Source of the DNA: Selaginella moellendorffii
Taxonomy: Eukaryota > Plantae > Lycopodiophyta
DNA: 64,000 bases
NCBI RefSeq assembly: GCF_000143415.4
Contig: NW_003314315.1
Coordinates: forward strand, 1,301,514 to 1,365,513
Direction of reading: 5' to 3'
The notes under the pieces were generated by a model. It had not been told where the DNA came from. It ran no database searches and was given only the letters and a program-made list of their open reading frames with translations. Position numbers and translations under genes: made by a program. This document shows positions 43,230 to 56,416 of the stretch, piece after piece. Position 1 is the first letter of the stretch. The number at the start of each line of letters is the position of its first letter.

Positions 43230-44900
43230 TCCAAGGGTTGTGACTTTGTCTCAGGATGAAAGAGAACTATACAAACTTATTGCCATTGGAACTTGTATCT
43301 GAGTTTGGTGAGTTGTTTCTTGAGTATTTGAGTTTTCTTATAAGTTCTAAATGTAAGATTTTCAAGAGCAAGATTTTAAATCTGAGGTGCCTCATAAGTT
43401 CCTGGAATAGATTTGAGAGTAAGAAAACAAACTTGGGATGACAATCCACACACTTAGAGTCCATGGAAGACAGGAACTTCTCTCAAGAGAATTCTGGACA
43501 CTCCTTGCATCACGTGGTATCTCCCTCCAAATCTCTATGCCATATGAACATGGCCATAATGGGGTTGTGGAGTAGAAGAAGTTGACGGTCCTTGATGTGA
43601 CCAAGGCATCCAGTGTTCTTTTCTTCTGGGCTGAGTCTATGAATATACTGTGGTTCATGTGCAAAACATTCTTCCTACAAAATCAGTGCTGAACAAAATG
43701 CCATAGAAAATCTGGATAGGCTTGAACATGTCTCTTATGTACTTGCATGTGTTTGGGTGTGCAGGATATGCATACATTTCAGCTGAGGAAAGACAAAACA
43801 AGTGGGAAGATTGTTCAATGAGATGCATGATGCTCGGCTATAGCAAGAACACTTGGTTATCGGGTTTGGATTTTCAGTCAAAAGAAGGTATTGGTGATAT
43901 GTACTATTTTCTTTTGAGACGACGTACTAGCGTACTCTGCCTCATCAGTTAACAACAAGAAAGACACTGGGCATTTCTTACATTTGGTTCTAATTAGTGC
44001 ACATGGAAATAACAGTGACAAGGAAATGGTATCAACCCCAGAGACTTCTCTATCAGAACCACCACCACTGCTACCTTTGATCACCACCTGAGGATCCACT
44101 GCCTCTTGCTATAGATGATAATGGCTCTGAACTTTTAGAACAAAGTACTTCACTTCAGAGTTGGATATTGTTCATGCAGATCCAGAGGGTAGAATCTCAT
44201 TGGAATGAGATAGTGATGATGCTCCAGTCACTAGTTCACCACCAAAACATTCTCTCAGACCTTAGACACCTACTTAGAACATTCTATGTTATTATGCATA
44301 AGCCACACAAGCTATTCACAAGCTATTCACAAGCTAACAAACTAGATGAAGTGCTCTCTGGACTACAACACTTTCATTGGTGAGCAGCTATGCAGGACAA
44401 ATATCATGCTTAATTGGAGAATGGTTCCTAGACACTCATTTCACCACAGGAGGTTCTTAGTTCCAGTACTGTGCTATCTACATACTTCAAATTTGTTTGC
44501 ATCCTCAGGATGGCTCCAAGATGACATGGTAGAGAATGGAAGAGAAATGCCTCAAGAGGTTAACAGGTTACAGCGTCACTGAGATTGACAACCATGTCCA
44601 TCACTTTGTAGCTGGCAATCTCTCACTTATTTCGAGAACTTATTTTGAGAATGTAGCTAGCAAATCAATATATCTTTAATGCAAAAACTAGATGTGCCAC
44701 CCTCTTAACAAGCTACTCTATGTGATTGTCTTACGTTTCAAGTCCTGAAGTAGAAGTAGTTATAGTCATTTCTTTTAGATTATGTTGATATCCAAATCTC
44801 CACCTCAAGCCAAATGTAAAACAGAGTTAGAGAGACGTCACTACCAGCAAATTTTATTGTTATCCACTCTCCCAAAACACAGAAGCCATCTGTTCCTCCA
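43230..44900 (+). mobile_element. Ty1/copia remnant (integrase and downstream)
   Basis: RGISLQISMPYEHGHNGVVE*KKLTVLD resembles the copia integrase PQQNGVAERK motif. LHVFGCAGYAYISAEERQNKWEDCSMRCMMLGYS resembles the copia post-integrase motif. Confidence 0.6.
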
Positions 44901-45439
44901 CCCCTCTAGTTGACTAGGTTTTGCATATTCTTTCAAGATGGCATAATGGAAGCACACCACTGCAAGAGTGAGTCTCCATCATAAGGCCACCATTACATAT
45001 ATCCTCACTTATTATCTGTCAAAATGATAGTGATTATGTGCTTCCCAAAGTGCTTACACTTTTGTCATTCTCTAGATATCCCAACACTTGTGGCCCATTG
45101 CCTCCCAAACCGGCATGCCAACTTTAGCTCTTGTCACTTCTCACCAGACTTGCATCCATTTGTGCTGTCCTTGACACTGAACGCATTTCCAAGCTAGATT
45201 AGTGGCTGAACCTCTTACTCCTTTGAACCTGTGGAGAATATCCCCACTCTTAGCTTTGAACTCCAAAATGTTTCATAATTCTTGTGTCCCCTTCAAAATT
45301 TGTTGCCACACTTCTTTATATAAGGAGGGGTTTAAACCCTATTTAGTATATCTATTCCAATATCCTGAACACGACATTATTTTAAATAATATTTTTTAAT
45401 AAAATTAAATTATTATTTCTATATCATTGTTTGATGAGC

Positions 45440-45737
45440 AAAGAATGTTCTCCCATCCAGCCAAGATGTGCTCTCACAGCTCCTATTGCCATCGGCAGCC
45501 CTCTACGCATCCCTCCTCCACTGCTGTGGCATCTCCAGCTTGCTCGCCGACGGCTGTCGTGTCCACGATCACATCCTTGCCACAGGCCACTTCCTCCAGA
45601 GCGTCCACCTCAGTAATCTCCTCATCCAGAATGTGGTGGCACCAGCAGCCTCGCGGCCGTGCGTGCAGTCTTCGATCAGATGCCCAAGAAAGATGTGGTG
45701 TCTTGGAGCTGCATCATCGCGGCCTACGTGCAGTCGG
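45440..45737 (+). pseudogene. 5' half of a PLS-PPR pseudogene split by the gypsy insertion
   Basis: LYASLLHCCG..GCRVHDHI..VHLSNLLIQ..FDQMPKKDVVSW. Ends at the TSD GTCGG. Confidence 0.8.
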
Positions 45738-46044
45738 TGTTATGATCCGGCGCAAAAAGACAAAGATCTCGTTGCCCTAAACTATGCTACGCCACCTCTT
45801 GAGGTTCCTCATCACCCAACCACCCCCGAGCTACCTCAAAAGCTCCACTGCGCTGCCGCTCCACCGTGAGCCCTAGGGTAGGTTAAGTCCCTTACCCTAA
45901 CATGCCTTAATATACCCTTGAGCCTCCCTTTGACCGACGTTGACCACATAGTCAAAGCTGGCACCTAACAATTCTTGCCCCCCAAAAAAGTCCTTGTCCC
46001 AAGGACGAGTTGTACCGGTGATCACCCTTTCTGGGGAATCCTGC

Positions 46045-48194
46045 TCAAGCTCCTGGTCCATCTTCCACAGCCGTATACATCAAGGAGGCATTGGGCCCGT
46101 CACTTCGAGATAGTACACCTTTCAACTGACTGACATAAAATACCGGATGAATTTTCACCCCAGCTGGCAGCTGCACCCGATAAGCTGCTTTACCAATGCG
46201 CTCCAGCACTTCATATGGACCAGCATATCGATGGGAGAGTTTATCACTCTTCCCTATCCGTAAAGGTACCAAGGTGTTCCGCCGCTCACTTGATGGAAAG
46301 ATCACTCGCACAAAGACGAGATCACCCACCTTATATTCCCGGAATTGGCGATGCTCATTAGCAAACTTCTCCGCTCTATCCCGAGCTGCTTGCAAATTCC
46401 GTTTGCACACCACCAGAATCTCATCAAGTTCTGTGGCCAGATCAGTTGCCTCGGAATCAAGCTTTTCTTGAACGTCCTTACTCAAATGCAATCCCAACTC
46501 CACCGCTGTTCGAGGATGCCTTCCAAACATCACAAAGTAAGGACTTAGCTTGGTTCCACTGTGTTGGCTATTGTTGTAAGCAAATTGCACCAACGGAAGA
46601 TATAGATCCCATTGTCCTTGCCTTTGACCAATGCTACAACGTAGCATATCCTCCACCACTTGATTCACACGCTCAGTTTGCCCATCCGTCTGAGGATGAT
46701 CTCCACTCGAGAGTTTCAAAGTCACTTGCATAGCCTTTGCAAAGCTTTTCCAAAATCCACTGGTGAACTTTGAATCTCGATCACTAATGATGTCCTCCGG
46801 CAAACCAAAATCAGGAAAAACCTTCTCCAAGTAAACCGCAGCCAAGTCTGAGGCAGTGACAGTCTTCCGAAGAGCCAACAACCGCACATACTTCGTCAAC
46901 CGATCCACTATGACCCATACTTGCTCCTTTTGCCTCTGTGTTCGTGGTAAACAAGTGATGAAGTCCATAGAGATATTACACCAACGGCTCTGAGGAATAG
47001 GTAAAGGTTGCAAAAGTCCCCCCGGCTTCTCCCTTGGCACCTTAACCCGCTGACAAAGCTCACATGATTTACAATACTTGAGGATATCAGCCTTCATATT
47101 CCTCCAATAAAAGTTGCGCTTAACCAACTCATACGTCTTCTTCCCCCCAAAATGACCGGCCTCTGGACGATCATGATAGTGGAATAAAACTTGAGTAATT
47201 AACGCATCCACCTGTGGCAAATAGACACGGCCATTGTAGTAGAGAATCCCATCCACCAATGAGAAAGGGGCTTCCATCTGGGCTCGCAAAGAGGCTACCT
47301 CAGCATCCTGAGCCTGAGCATGCTCAACCAATTGCCCAAACTCGCTGACCACCTTACTCAAATGATGACAAAATTGTGTTCATAACGTCGTCACATGACG
47401 AACACGAGATAAAGCATCTGCCACCACATTTGATTTTCCTGGACGATGCTCAATAGGAAACTCCCCAAACTCCATGAGTTTGACCATCCAACGAGCTTGC
47501 CTAGTGTTCAACTCCTTTTATGTGAAAAGATACACAAGTGGTTTGTGATCTGTCAACACCACGAACACTGCACCATAAAGATAGTGCCGCCACGTCCGCA
47601 AAGCATGAACAATAGAGAGTAACTCTTGCTCATATGTGGAATAGCGTTGCTCCGCGGAATTCAAAGTTTGACTCTCATATGCAATAGGCTGTCCCTCTTG
47701 CATGAGAACTCCTCCCAATGCATAACCACTCACATCGCATGTCACCTCGTAAGGTTTCGATGGATCAGTAATGCGAAGCACTGGAGCCTCGCTCAACAAT
47801 CGTTTCAGCGCCACAAAACTCTCCTCTTGTGGCGTCTTTCACTCGAATGGCACATTCTTATGTAACAACCGCGTCAAAGGAATAGCCACCTCTGCAAACT
47901 TATGCTGGAAACGTCGGTAGTAACTAGCCATACCAAGAAAACTGCGCAACTCAGCCACTGTAGTCGGTGTAGGCCAGTTTTCCACCACAGCCACCTTCCT
48001 TGGATCTGTCTTGACACCCTTAGATGTCACAATATGGCCTAAATATTCCACCTCCAACTTTGCAAATTCACATTTGCTCTTCTTCACATAAAGTTTGCTG
48101 TCTCGAAGTAACAAAAGAACCTTGCGCAAATGCACCCTATGCTCCTCCGTATTCTTGCTAAAAACAAGAATATCGTCCAAGAAAATCTCCACAA
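46045..48194 (-). CDS. Gypsy pol 3' part: RT C-terminus, RNase H, integrase (some stops/frameshifts)
   Basis: FLDDILVFS, TCDVSGYALGGVL, HDRPEAGHFG..CELCQ, ISMDFITCLP, SDRDSKF, HPQTDGQTER, YAGPYEV. Confidence 0.9.
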
Positions 48195-48636
48195 AAGCTC
48201 TATTTCGTTAAAGTGGGAATTGTCATTATCCCACTTGTAAAATAAGGTTTCCAAACCTTTATATAGTATATAAATATAACAAAATTCAACTGCATTGAGG
48301 CACATGCCATTTTATTTTAAACAAGGAAATGTCTACTCAATCACTTCTCCTCCCCCTGCCACTGCTTCACCTCTCTCTTCTCCTTGTCATCGTCATCCAA
48401 TTTCTTTCCATCCTTTTAATATTAGCTCAGTTGCTCTGAGTCTAGGTGGAGCCCAAGTCCCCATTCAATCTTTACTTTCCCATTATTAATAAAACAACTT
48501 CTTAGACTTCCAATAACATGCTGTAACACTTCTAGTATAATGCAAATCCTCTCAAAGAATTGTCTTTTAATATTAATACAATGGCATGGAACCCCATGCC
48601 ATAATAAGTTACATTTTTAAATAAATACATGCCATC

Positions 48637-51600
48637 TCAGATTGTTATTTTTTGCCTCCAACGCCTATACAATAATCTTGGAATTTCATCACTCTCCACA
48701 CTATCAGGATTTAAACCCAATAGTAATGCCATCTCTTCTCTAACACGTCCATGTTCATGTTCAGTGGTCGAAGAACCCATCTGGTTGAGCAGATTATGGA
48801 GATGCGGATAGTGCTTGGCTAGACAATATACATGCCATAAATGATGACTGGTGTCTGTCCGATCAAATGGCTTCTGATATACCGTTCCATCTGCCATTTG
48901 GTTGATTTCTGCAGCCACCTCCTGGGCTGGCCGGTTCTCTATCACCATCGCTCCAAGCCGTTTTGCAAGGTCCCCCAGAATATACGGTTTCTTCTCCCTA
49001 GTTTCCATACTGCAAGAGATGGGGTGCACTGCATATGTGTGTGTGTTCGCTGCAGTTTTAATCGGCGAGTCATCAATGATGAGGATTTCACTTGAGCTAG
49101 CAGTCCGGTTCATCACTACAGCCTCTGGCTTGACGAAGATGGGCTTGCTACCCCTCACATGGACCATAGTCAAGCAATCTTCCTGCGTTAGGAGAAAGTC
49201 AAATGGTAATATTACTCGCGTCTGATCGTGCATCATCTGTAGCAACGTTAATGCATTGTGGCGCATCATGGATGTCCAAACTCCCAATTGCAAATTGAAC
49301 CCGGCCCTCTGTTTTAAGTGTCGCATGGTCATTATTAGATCCCGCAGTTTCTCCCGTGTGATTAATATGAATCTGTCTCTTTTGACCAACTTGCGACCGC
49401 AGGCTTTGGAGGGTGCAATGACATTCGAGGACGAGCCACGCTCATGGGAGAAAAGGACACCGTTCAGATCAAAAACGATACAGTACCTTCGCCGTGACTC
49501 TGAAATGAAATGCGTCAGTATAAAAAATGGTACAAGTCAATTTTACCATCTACAATATTAGCGAATGGTGCTCCCGATGGTCGTTGAGAGGGTTTTGGTC
49601 GAGGAAACGTGAAGGGCGGAAATACTCTCCTTTGCAATGTGGGGTCAATCGCATCCGATGGCGTGTGGGCACATGCCATTTCAGCTGTAGACTCTGGTAC
49701 AACTGGCTCAATAGTGGCATGGGGTGGTTCCGATGGCGTGTGATCACACGCCATTTCAGCTGGTGCCTCCGTTGGCAAAGTGGACATGACCGAACAGGCA
49801 GCAGAGACGGTGTAGGGAGGTTCCAACGGCGCGTAGTCAGACGATTGGGCACACGTTGAGTCCGTTGGAAATGAGGATACGACCGGCTCGGCGGCTGGGG
49901 CGGCCTCATGTGGGTCCAATGGCGCCTGGTCACCGTCAGTTGGATACGTGGACAAGATTGACTCAGTGGTATGGGCAGCATCAAGTGGAGCGTGGTCAGC
50001 TTGCTTGGCATTGATATGGATAGTAGCCTCCACCAGCTCTGATGACTCTTGCAGCCAAGTAGAGTCCACTGGCGGATCCATATGCATGTCCAAATATCTC
50101 CCTTCGATTGAGATGGTATCCTCCCGTGCTACTAAAAACAAACTCATTAGCACATTGAATCGACTATACTGTATTTACCATCAACTGCTATTGAGGAACT
50201 AGGACCGATATCACTTGGGCGCACTGCTGATTCTGAAGGATTGGACATACGTTTCGACCCTTGCTTGGCACTATCCTTCCTCGACACTAAAGGCTAGAGT
50301 TTGTAAATTCAACTGAATAATCTCTACTTACCATTTGCTCTGCGACCTACATGGACAATGTTAGAAATGGTAAAAGGTTAGGAATGGATGTACTATTATT
50401 TACCTGATGGTTTGTCTTGTATGACCTTCCTCCGCTGCTCTTTGGCCACCTCAGGCTGGCCATCGTCGTCATCATCGTCGTCGTCGTTATTGTGATCGTC
50501 ACTATTGTGAGGACCATCCAAGTCCTCTTCGTCCTCCTCTTCTTCGTCCTCCTCTTCTTTGTCCTCCTCTTCGTCCTTCTGCTCTTCCTGCTCATTATCT
50601 TTCTCTGGCTCCTCATCCCCCTCCTGCATTTCTTCCATAGGCTGCTCAGGCTGGATGGCTTGTTCTTCCAGAACCATCTTGGGAAAATCATCTGGCCGAG
50701 TCTCCATCTCAAAATACAAGACATCCATAGCCTGTTTTAGTGCGTGACCTAGGACCGTATCCTCACCCGACTGTCTTAACATGGTTTCTGCACGTTCTTG
50801 CACCCTTCGAAGACGACGAGATGAGAAAAACGTGGCCCTGACTTGAAAAGCTTCCCTCATCCATTGTACCTCTCCATTGAGATTGGGGAAGGAGAGTCCG
50901 CCATAGGAATCTGAGTCATGAGGTGGTGACTGCCTGCTTTCACTCAGCCCTTGATCTGCAATGAATGGCATGAGCACACACGCCATAACCGCGAGGCATT
51001 ACCTATCATCTTTTCGTTGCCCTTCTTCCTTTTCGAATCAAACGCCTCTGATCTCGACGAATGTCCAACGTGCTTTCGCTTTTTATGACCACTGTCAGTT
51101 TGAGCTTGGCTGGTGCTTGCCTGTTTTGCCTTTGAAGAAGTTTCTCCTGCAAGGAATGGCATGAGACCACACGCCATTGCAAATATAATTTGTACCTCCT
51201 TTTTTCCTATTGCTTGTCTGTTTGTCCTTCTTTGATGCGCCACCAGTGCGCTTTTCAGTCCTCGTGTCTGAATATTCACAACGATCTATAATCAAAATGG
51301 CGTGAGGCCTCACGTGACCTTACCTTGTGCAGGTTGTGAGCTCGGCCCAACATGGGTATCTTCAACAGTAGCTGTTAACGCCGTTTCAGCATCTGGGGGT
51401 GGCCACGCTCCTGCATACAGAGCTTGTGAGATAACATTTAAACTTAAAGTGTGTACTCACCAGGTTCGCAGAGAAGATACTGTTTTTCTTTGGCAACTGT
51501 AATTATATGCTCCATTGAAGTCACCTCTTCAATGGAGTTTGTCACCGCAACACACGGGACACCCTTGAGTAGTGCGGCTCGAAAGAATAGTCCGCCGCAG

Positions 51601-54259
51601 TTGTACTCGACAACGCATTTGCCCTTGGAGTCGGAAGTAGGTGACCCACCCGCTATTGCGTTGAAGACCCAGCTGAGCATTTCCCATGCTGCACCTGGAG
51701 CTTTCTTTGGATTCGAAAGCTCCATAGCCGTCTTCAGTTCCTCAGGCACGGGTAAATTGACCTCCCTCAAATCAATTCGATTGGCCTTGTCGAACGAAGC
51801 TGGGAAGTCACTCCAGTCCCACTCTGCTGCAGGACCAATAACAAGGGCGAGTGTGAAGATGCGGACATTCGTCGGTATCTTCTTCTTAGCCATTATCCCA
51901 TGGATCTCCCGCATCTCCTTGCCTTTCAACCGAGCCTTCACCTCGTTCAAGGCCTTCTAGAACTTGTGATAGGATTCGGAGTCGTAGATCATATAGTGGA
52001 CTGAAGATTCCACCTCCGCAAGTCCCACCATTAAGTCAATGATGGAGCTGACTTCGTCTGCATGAGTGATCTCCTCGTTTGTGAAGTCCATCACACAAAA
52101 GATGTTCTTGACCTACTCATCTCCGCGGGAAACGATGCTCCTCCACCTTTGATCCTCATCCGAATTCAATTATACCCGGTAAGGTTCTCGATAGGCCTCC
52201 GCTGCGGGGTCGAGCTGTTTCTGAAGCTGGCGGTCGACATCAATCTTAATGAAATTTGGATACTGATCCAACTTCTCAGCTTTACTTTTCGTGGCATCCC
52301 GCAGCAGATCGATGAACTTGGGGGCCCCCTTCACGTACTCGTCGATGTCTTCATTTGACAAATCCAGTGCTTCCATCATCTCTTGCGTGGTGTCGATGCT
52401 CACCCTCTCCACGGCCACTTGCTCGAAGATCCAATCCTTCAATAGCGCACGAGCTCTCAGAGTCGTGCACAAGTCCTCGTATGTCACAATATGGCCGGGA
52501 GTCATTTTGGTCTTGTTGAAGACTACCTCACCACGTAGAAGAGCATTAGCCACTGTCAGAAGGTCGTCGTCGTCTAGAGACCGCGAGAAACGCAAGGCGT
52601 TGAGCTTCAAATCATTGGGCTTCCGGCCGTCCTCCACACCCATTGAGTTTGGCAACTCCCCGTCATGGTACCTCCTCAGCACATCTACCCATTTGTCAAA
52701 AACAACTTTTGTCGCGAGTAGAATGTTATGGATGCTGAGTGTGTCATTGACCCCCAGTGTTTTCGAGAGAAGACTCGAGAATTCCTGCAATGGAAATGGC
52801 GTGAGGCCACATGCTATGCCACATGCAACGAGGCTTACCTGCCAGGCGCTAGTTGCTAGTGCACGTCCTTGTCCTGGTTTTTGTGGCTTCTTCAGTTGAA
52901 CCCAGAGCTTCCGTGTTCGTGCCAATGTCTCGTGCAGACCCGATTTGTAGCACGTTTCTTGCTTGACATTCTGCGCGTGGGAGATGTATATGATAGATCG
53001 GAGGGGCGAGTTGCCTTTTATCAGGCGGACAACTCTTGTCTTGAAGACTTTCTTCACCTCCTCGCCCACCATAATATCCACAACTATCTCTTGCATCGCC
53101 AAGCTAGAATGCTGCCCGGAGACGGCATAGAACCGGATGTTCTGATCGTCCAACACCTTCCTATTGATCAAGTCTGGAAACCTCGTCTTGCCCTTCATTG
53201 TTCGGTAGTAGGGGATCACGTCTGCGATGTCGGGTGTTACTGGACTTGCCAGCATCTTCTGCTTCAGTTTCTCCACCCACTCATCAGATACTAGCCTGTG
53301 GTTGTATTTGCTTTGGATGTCGATACGGCTCACGTCGATTGTATATACTTTGTTGGAATAGTAATAAGTACTATTATCTGCGACGATTTTTGCTGCCTCT
53401 TCTTGCTCTTTCTGCTCTTTGCGGCTCTTCTTTTTGGTGGGTGTAGTGTTCGAACCCGAGGCAATGGCATCACTGAGTAGCTTCTTTTTTGGAGCAGGAG
53501 AGTCGGACGTCGGCTTGAGCTTGACCACCCTTTTCTGCTCCGAGGTAGTTTCCAGATCGACCCCCTTCCCCTTTGCTTCGCGAACTGGAGTCACTCTCAA
53601 CGGCTCAATGTTGGAATATAGTTTTTGAACATCGCCGTAGGTGAGGTCCGTGGATTCCATGTGATCTTCATAGACCCGCAGCGTCTTTGAAATTGTGGGC
53701 CTCCTGGACAACCTCTCCCTAGCTCGCTCTAGGAATTCCTCATAGCCGCTGCCCCCCTCCGGGAAGCCGCTAGGATGTGCAAGGTGGATCTTGAAGGCAG
53801 ACGCTGTCTCTACCACAAGTGCCAGTCCATATTCTTGCATGGAACTGCATGGAGTGTCTGTCACTTGGATGAGGATCCCCATGCATTCTTTTCTCCCACC
53901 ATCTGTGTTGTACAGCCTCAGATCCTCGCCTTCCATCCCGAAAGTCCAACTGGTGAGCTCCTCCTCCTTCTCTGCATCCACATTGACAGTGGCTGGAAGA
54001 AGAACGCAATTCCTCGCCTGTTCAGAAATGCACAACAATTAGAGCTGACAGATGAAAAGCTAGTAGCTGGAAATAACGTGAGGCCACACGCCATTCACCA
54101 CTGCATCAGATGTCTTGAGGCTGCATCCTAAGATGGCGTGAGGCTACACGCCATCTGTAACCGGACTGCACTCAAGAGCCCAATCGGTGCATGCCAATGT
54201 TGCTACTGAATGGCATGTGGCCTCATGCCATTTTCTACTTGGCCTAAAAGACTTACCAT
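48637..54259 (-). pseudogene. TE cargo gene (spliced): ParB-like domain + degenerate beta-class N4/N6 DNA-MTase fold + acidic/low-complexity linker + FCP1/NIF-type HAD phosphatase; three in-frame TAR stops
   Basis: ATG|gtaag at 54259 and a chain of GT-AG introns that keeps frame to TGA at 48637. Motifs: NHRLVSDEWVEKLKQKM..FYAVSGQHSSLAM; KCVVEYNCGGLFFRAALLKGVPCVAV; IVFDLNGVLF..VWTSM..QEDC..LIIDDSPIK. Confidence 0.7.
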
Positions 54260-55452
54260 TTGAGTAGAGTAGCCTTGCTGCTACGATCCGCTGCACACAC
54301 AGTGCACATTCGCCAGCGAGTCCGGTTGTCACGCCTCCATTCGGCTTGGAGAGTGGCGCTGAAATCTCCCGGGACGCCAAGTGGGCTGCGTGTGGGTGGC
54401 AGAGTGGGCGGCGGAGTTGGTGGCGAAGTTACAAACTGGGTGTGTCTTGAAGTGGACGCCGATGCACACGAGCGCGATGCGAGCGCAAGTGTGATGCAAG
54501 CGCGAGTGGACGCCAATGCACACGAGAAACCTGTAGAGAAGTGGGGCGCGAGTGGGAGCGCGATGCGAGCGCGAGTACGAAGCAAAATGCAAAACCTAAC
54601 CTCACACGCGCGAAATGTCACGACGGTTGGTAATCCCGCCACGTCATCATTCCTCGGACTTGGGCGCCACCATTAATTTCTGGATCGGCACGCGCATGCG
54701 TGAAATCCAAAAGAAATCCGCAACGTCATCATTCCTCGGACTGCATGCACGCGAAATCCAAAAGAAAGATCATGATTGGGATATCATTTAATACCCTCGC
54801 TATATTTATACCATGCATGATTGGATATTCCAAAGCATCTTGTATTTCCAAAAATGCCAGATGTTCAGCTAAATAAATTGTCAGAGGATTTGATGTGATG
54901 TTCAAGCGTGTGGGCTCATGCAATTTTGATCCCAAAAAATGCACCAAAAAATGCTCGGCGTCATCTGGCGTTATCTCTTGAATGGCGTGGGGCCGCATGC
55001 CATTTTCAGGAGCACATAGGAGTATATTCCTAGAATATTCTAACACGCGCGAGATTGTTTTGAGTTTCCTAGAGATCCAACCGTTAGATCGCAACTAGAT
55101 TTTACAGAATGGTATACAATGTCCTTCTTGATGACCCTGCAAAGAAGCATCTCGATCGGACACCACATGAGACCACACGAGCCTTACAATGTTTCAGGGG
55201 CATTTGCCATAGATCCGACCGTTATTTTGCTCCAAGATTCTACAGTTTGGTGTGCATTGACCTTTCCATCGACACTGCAAAGGGACATCACAATCAGATG
55301 CGGGATCACAAGAAACCAACTTCACTAACTCTGGTTTCACCAAGATCTACGTAAGGAGTTATGAAATGAAAGGACCCTCTCTATTGAAATGTGTTTATGG
55401 TCCTAGGGGCATTGTGACATATCAAAGGATTTTGCATCAAGCTACTGAATTG

Positions 55453-55485
55453 CTAAACCCTAAACCCTAAACCCTAACCCTAAAC
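55453..55485 (+). repeat. Short interstitial plant telomere repeat, about 4 units of CCCTAAA
   Basis: ctaaaccctaaaccctaaaccctaaccctaaac. Confidence 0.85.
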
Positions 55486-56344
55486 ATGTGGCAAATGCTG
55501 CGTGAAGAAAGATGCCCTTTCTGGGCAAATGCTGTAAGAGGCAGATTCCGAGCAGATGTATCTCAAGCTAGCGAAGGGGACAAACGAAAGCTAGCTATAA
55601 ACATGACGGGATGCAAATAGATTATTAGGCTGGTCCTGCGAAAATCAAAAACCATAATTGAAAACATTGAAAATGCAAAAAGAAAGGTTTATAATATTTT
55701 TGAATTTTAAGCAACCAAATGAATGTAAGTAGGGCATGTGTTTGTAAGTTTAAAAATGCCTCAACCACTTAAATTCCCAAGTAAATAAAGCTGTTTCTAT
55801 TTTTGGTACAGGTAAACTTTATAGCGTGTGGGCTCATGCAATTTTGAACCCAAAAATGCACCAAAAAATGCTCGACTAACATTATTCTTTGAATGGCGTG
55901 TGGCCTTATATTGCCATAAATGGACGTACACACACAGCATAATTATTCCTTTACACGGCGAATAATCTTGGCGCGGATCGCTGACATGGCATGGCAAAGT
56001 TCGAATCACTGACATGGCACAGTTGGATTGAGGCAAGGACATGATGTGACAAAGTTCAACCTCCGACAGCAAAGTCTAGAAGCTACTCAGTTTGAAATTT
56101 GTCAGAGGAATCATAAGATCTGGTTTGTCAGAGGATTTGATGTGACGTTCAAGCGTGTGTTATTTTTGAATTCTCGAACTCATTCCTAGGTCTATCATTT
56201 TTGTGCGCCGTGTTCTTGGTTCCGCTGAGCGCAGTGAGCGCTACTTGTGTAAGCGGCGTTGTGAGCTGTGGTTTATGCGTCTACAAGCGGTTGTGGCATT
56301 GCGAGCACCATTGCAAGCGGCAGTTTATGCGAGTGGCAGTTTGT

Positions 56345-56416
56345 GCGAGCGGCGCTACGAGCAGTTGCGGTGTTGCGAGCGGCACTACGAGTAGTTGCGG
56401 TGTTGCGAGCGGCACT
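56345..56416 (+). repeat. 30-bp tandem repeat (about 2.4 copies) upstream of the transposase
   Basis: gcgagcggcrctacgagyagttgcggtgtt repeated. Confidence 0.75.

Noticed and set aside
42002-43230. Short ORFs such as 43059-43259 as a gene
   Set aside because: No recognisable family or consistent exon chain. Possibly a decayed fragment.
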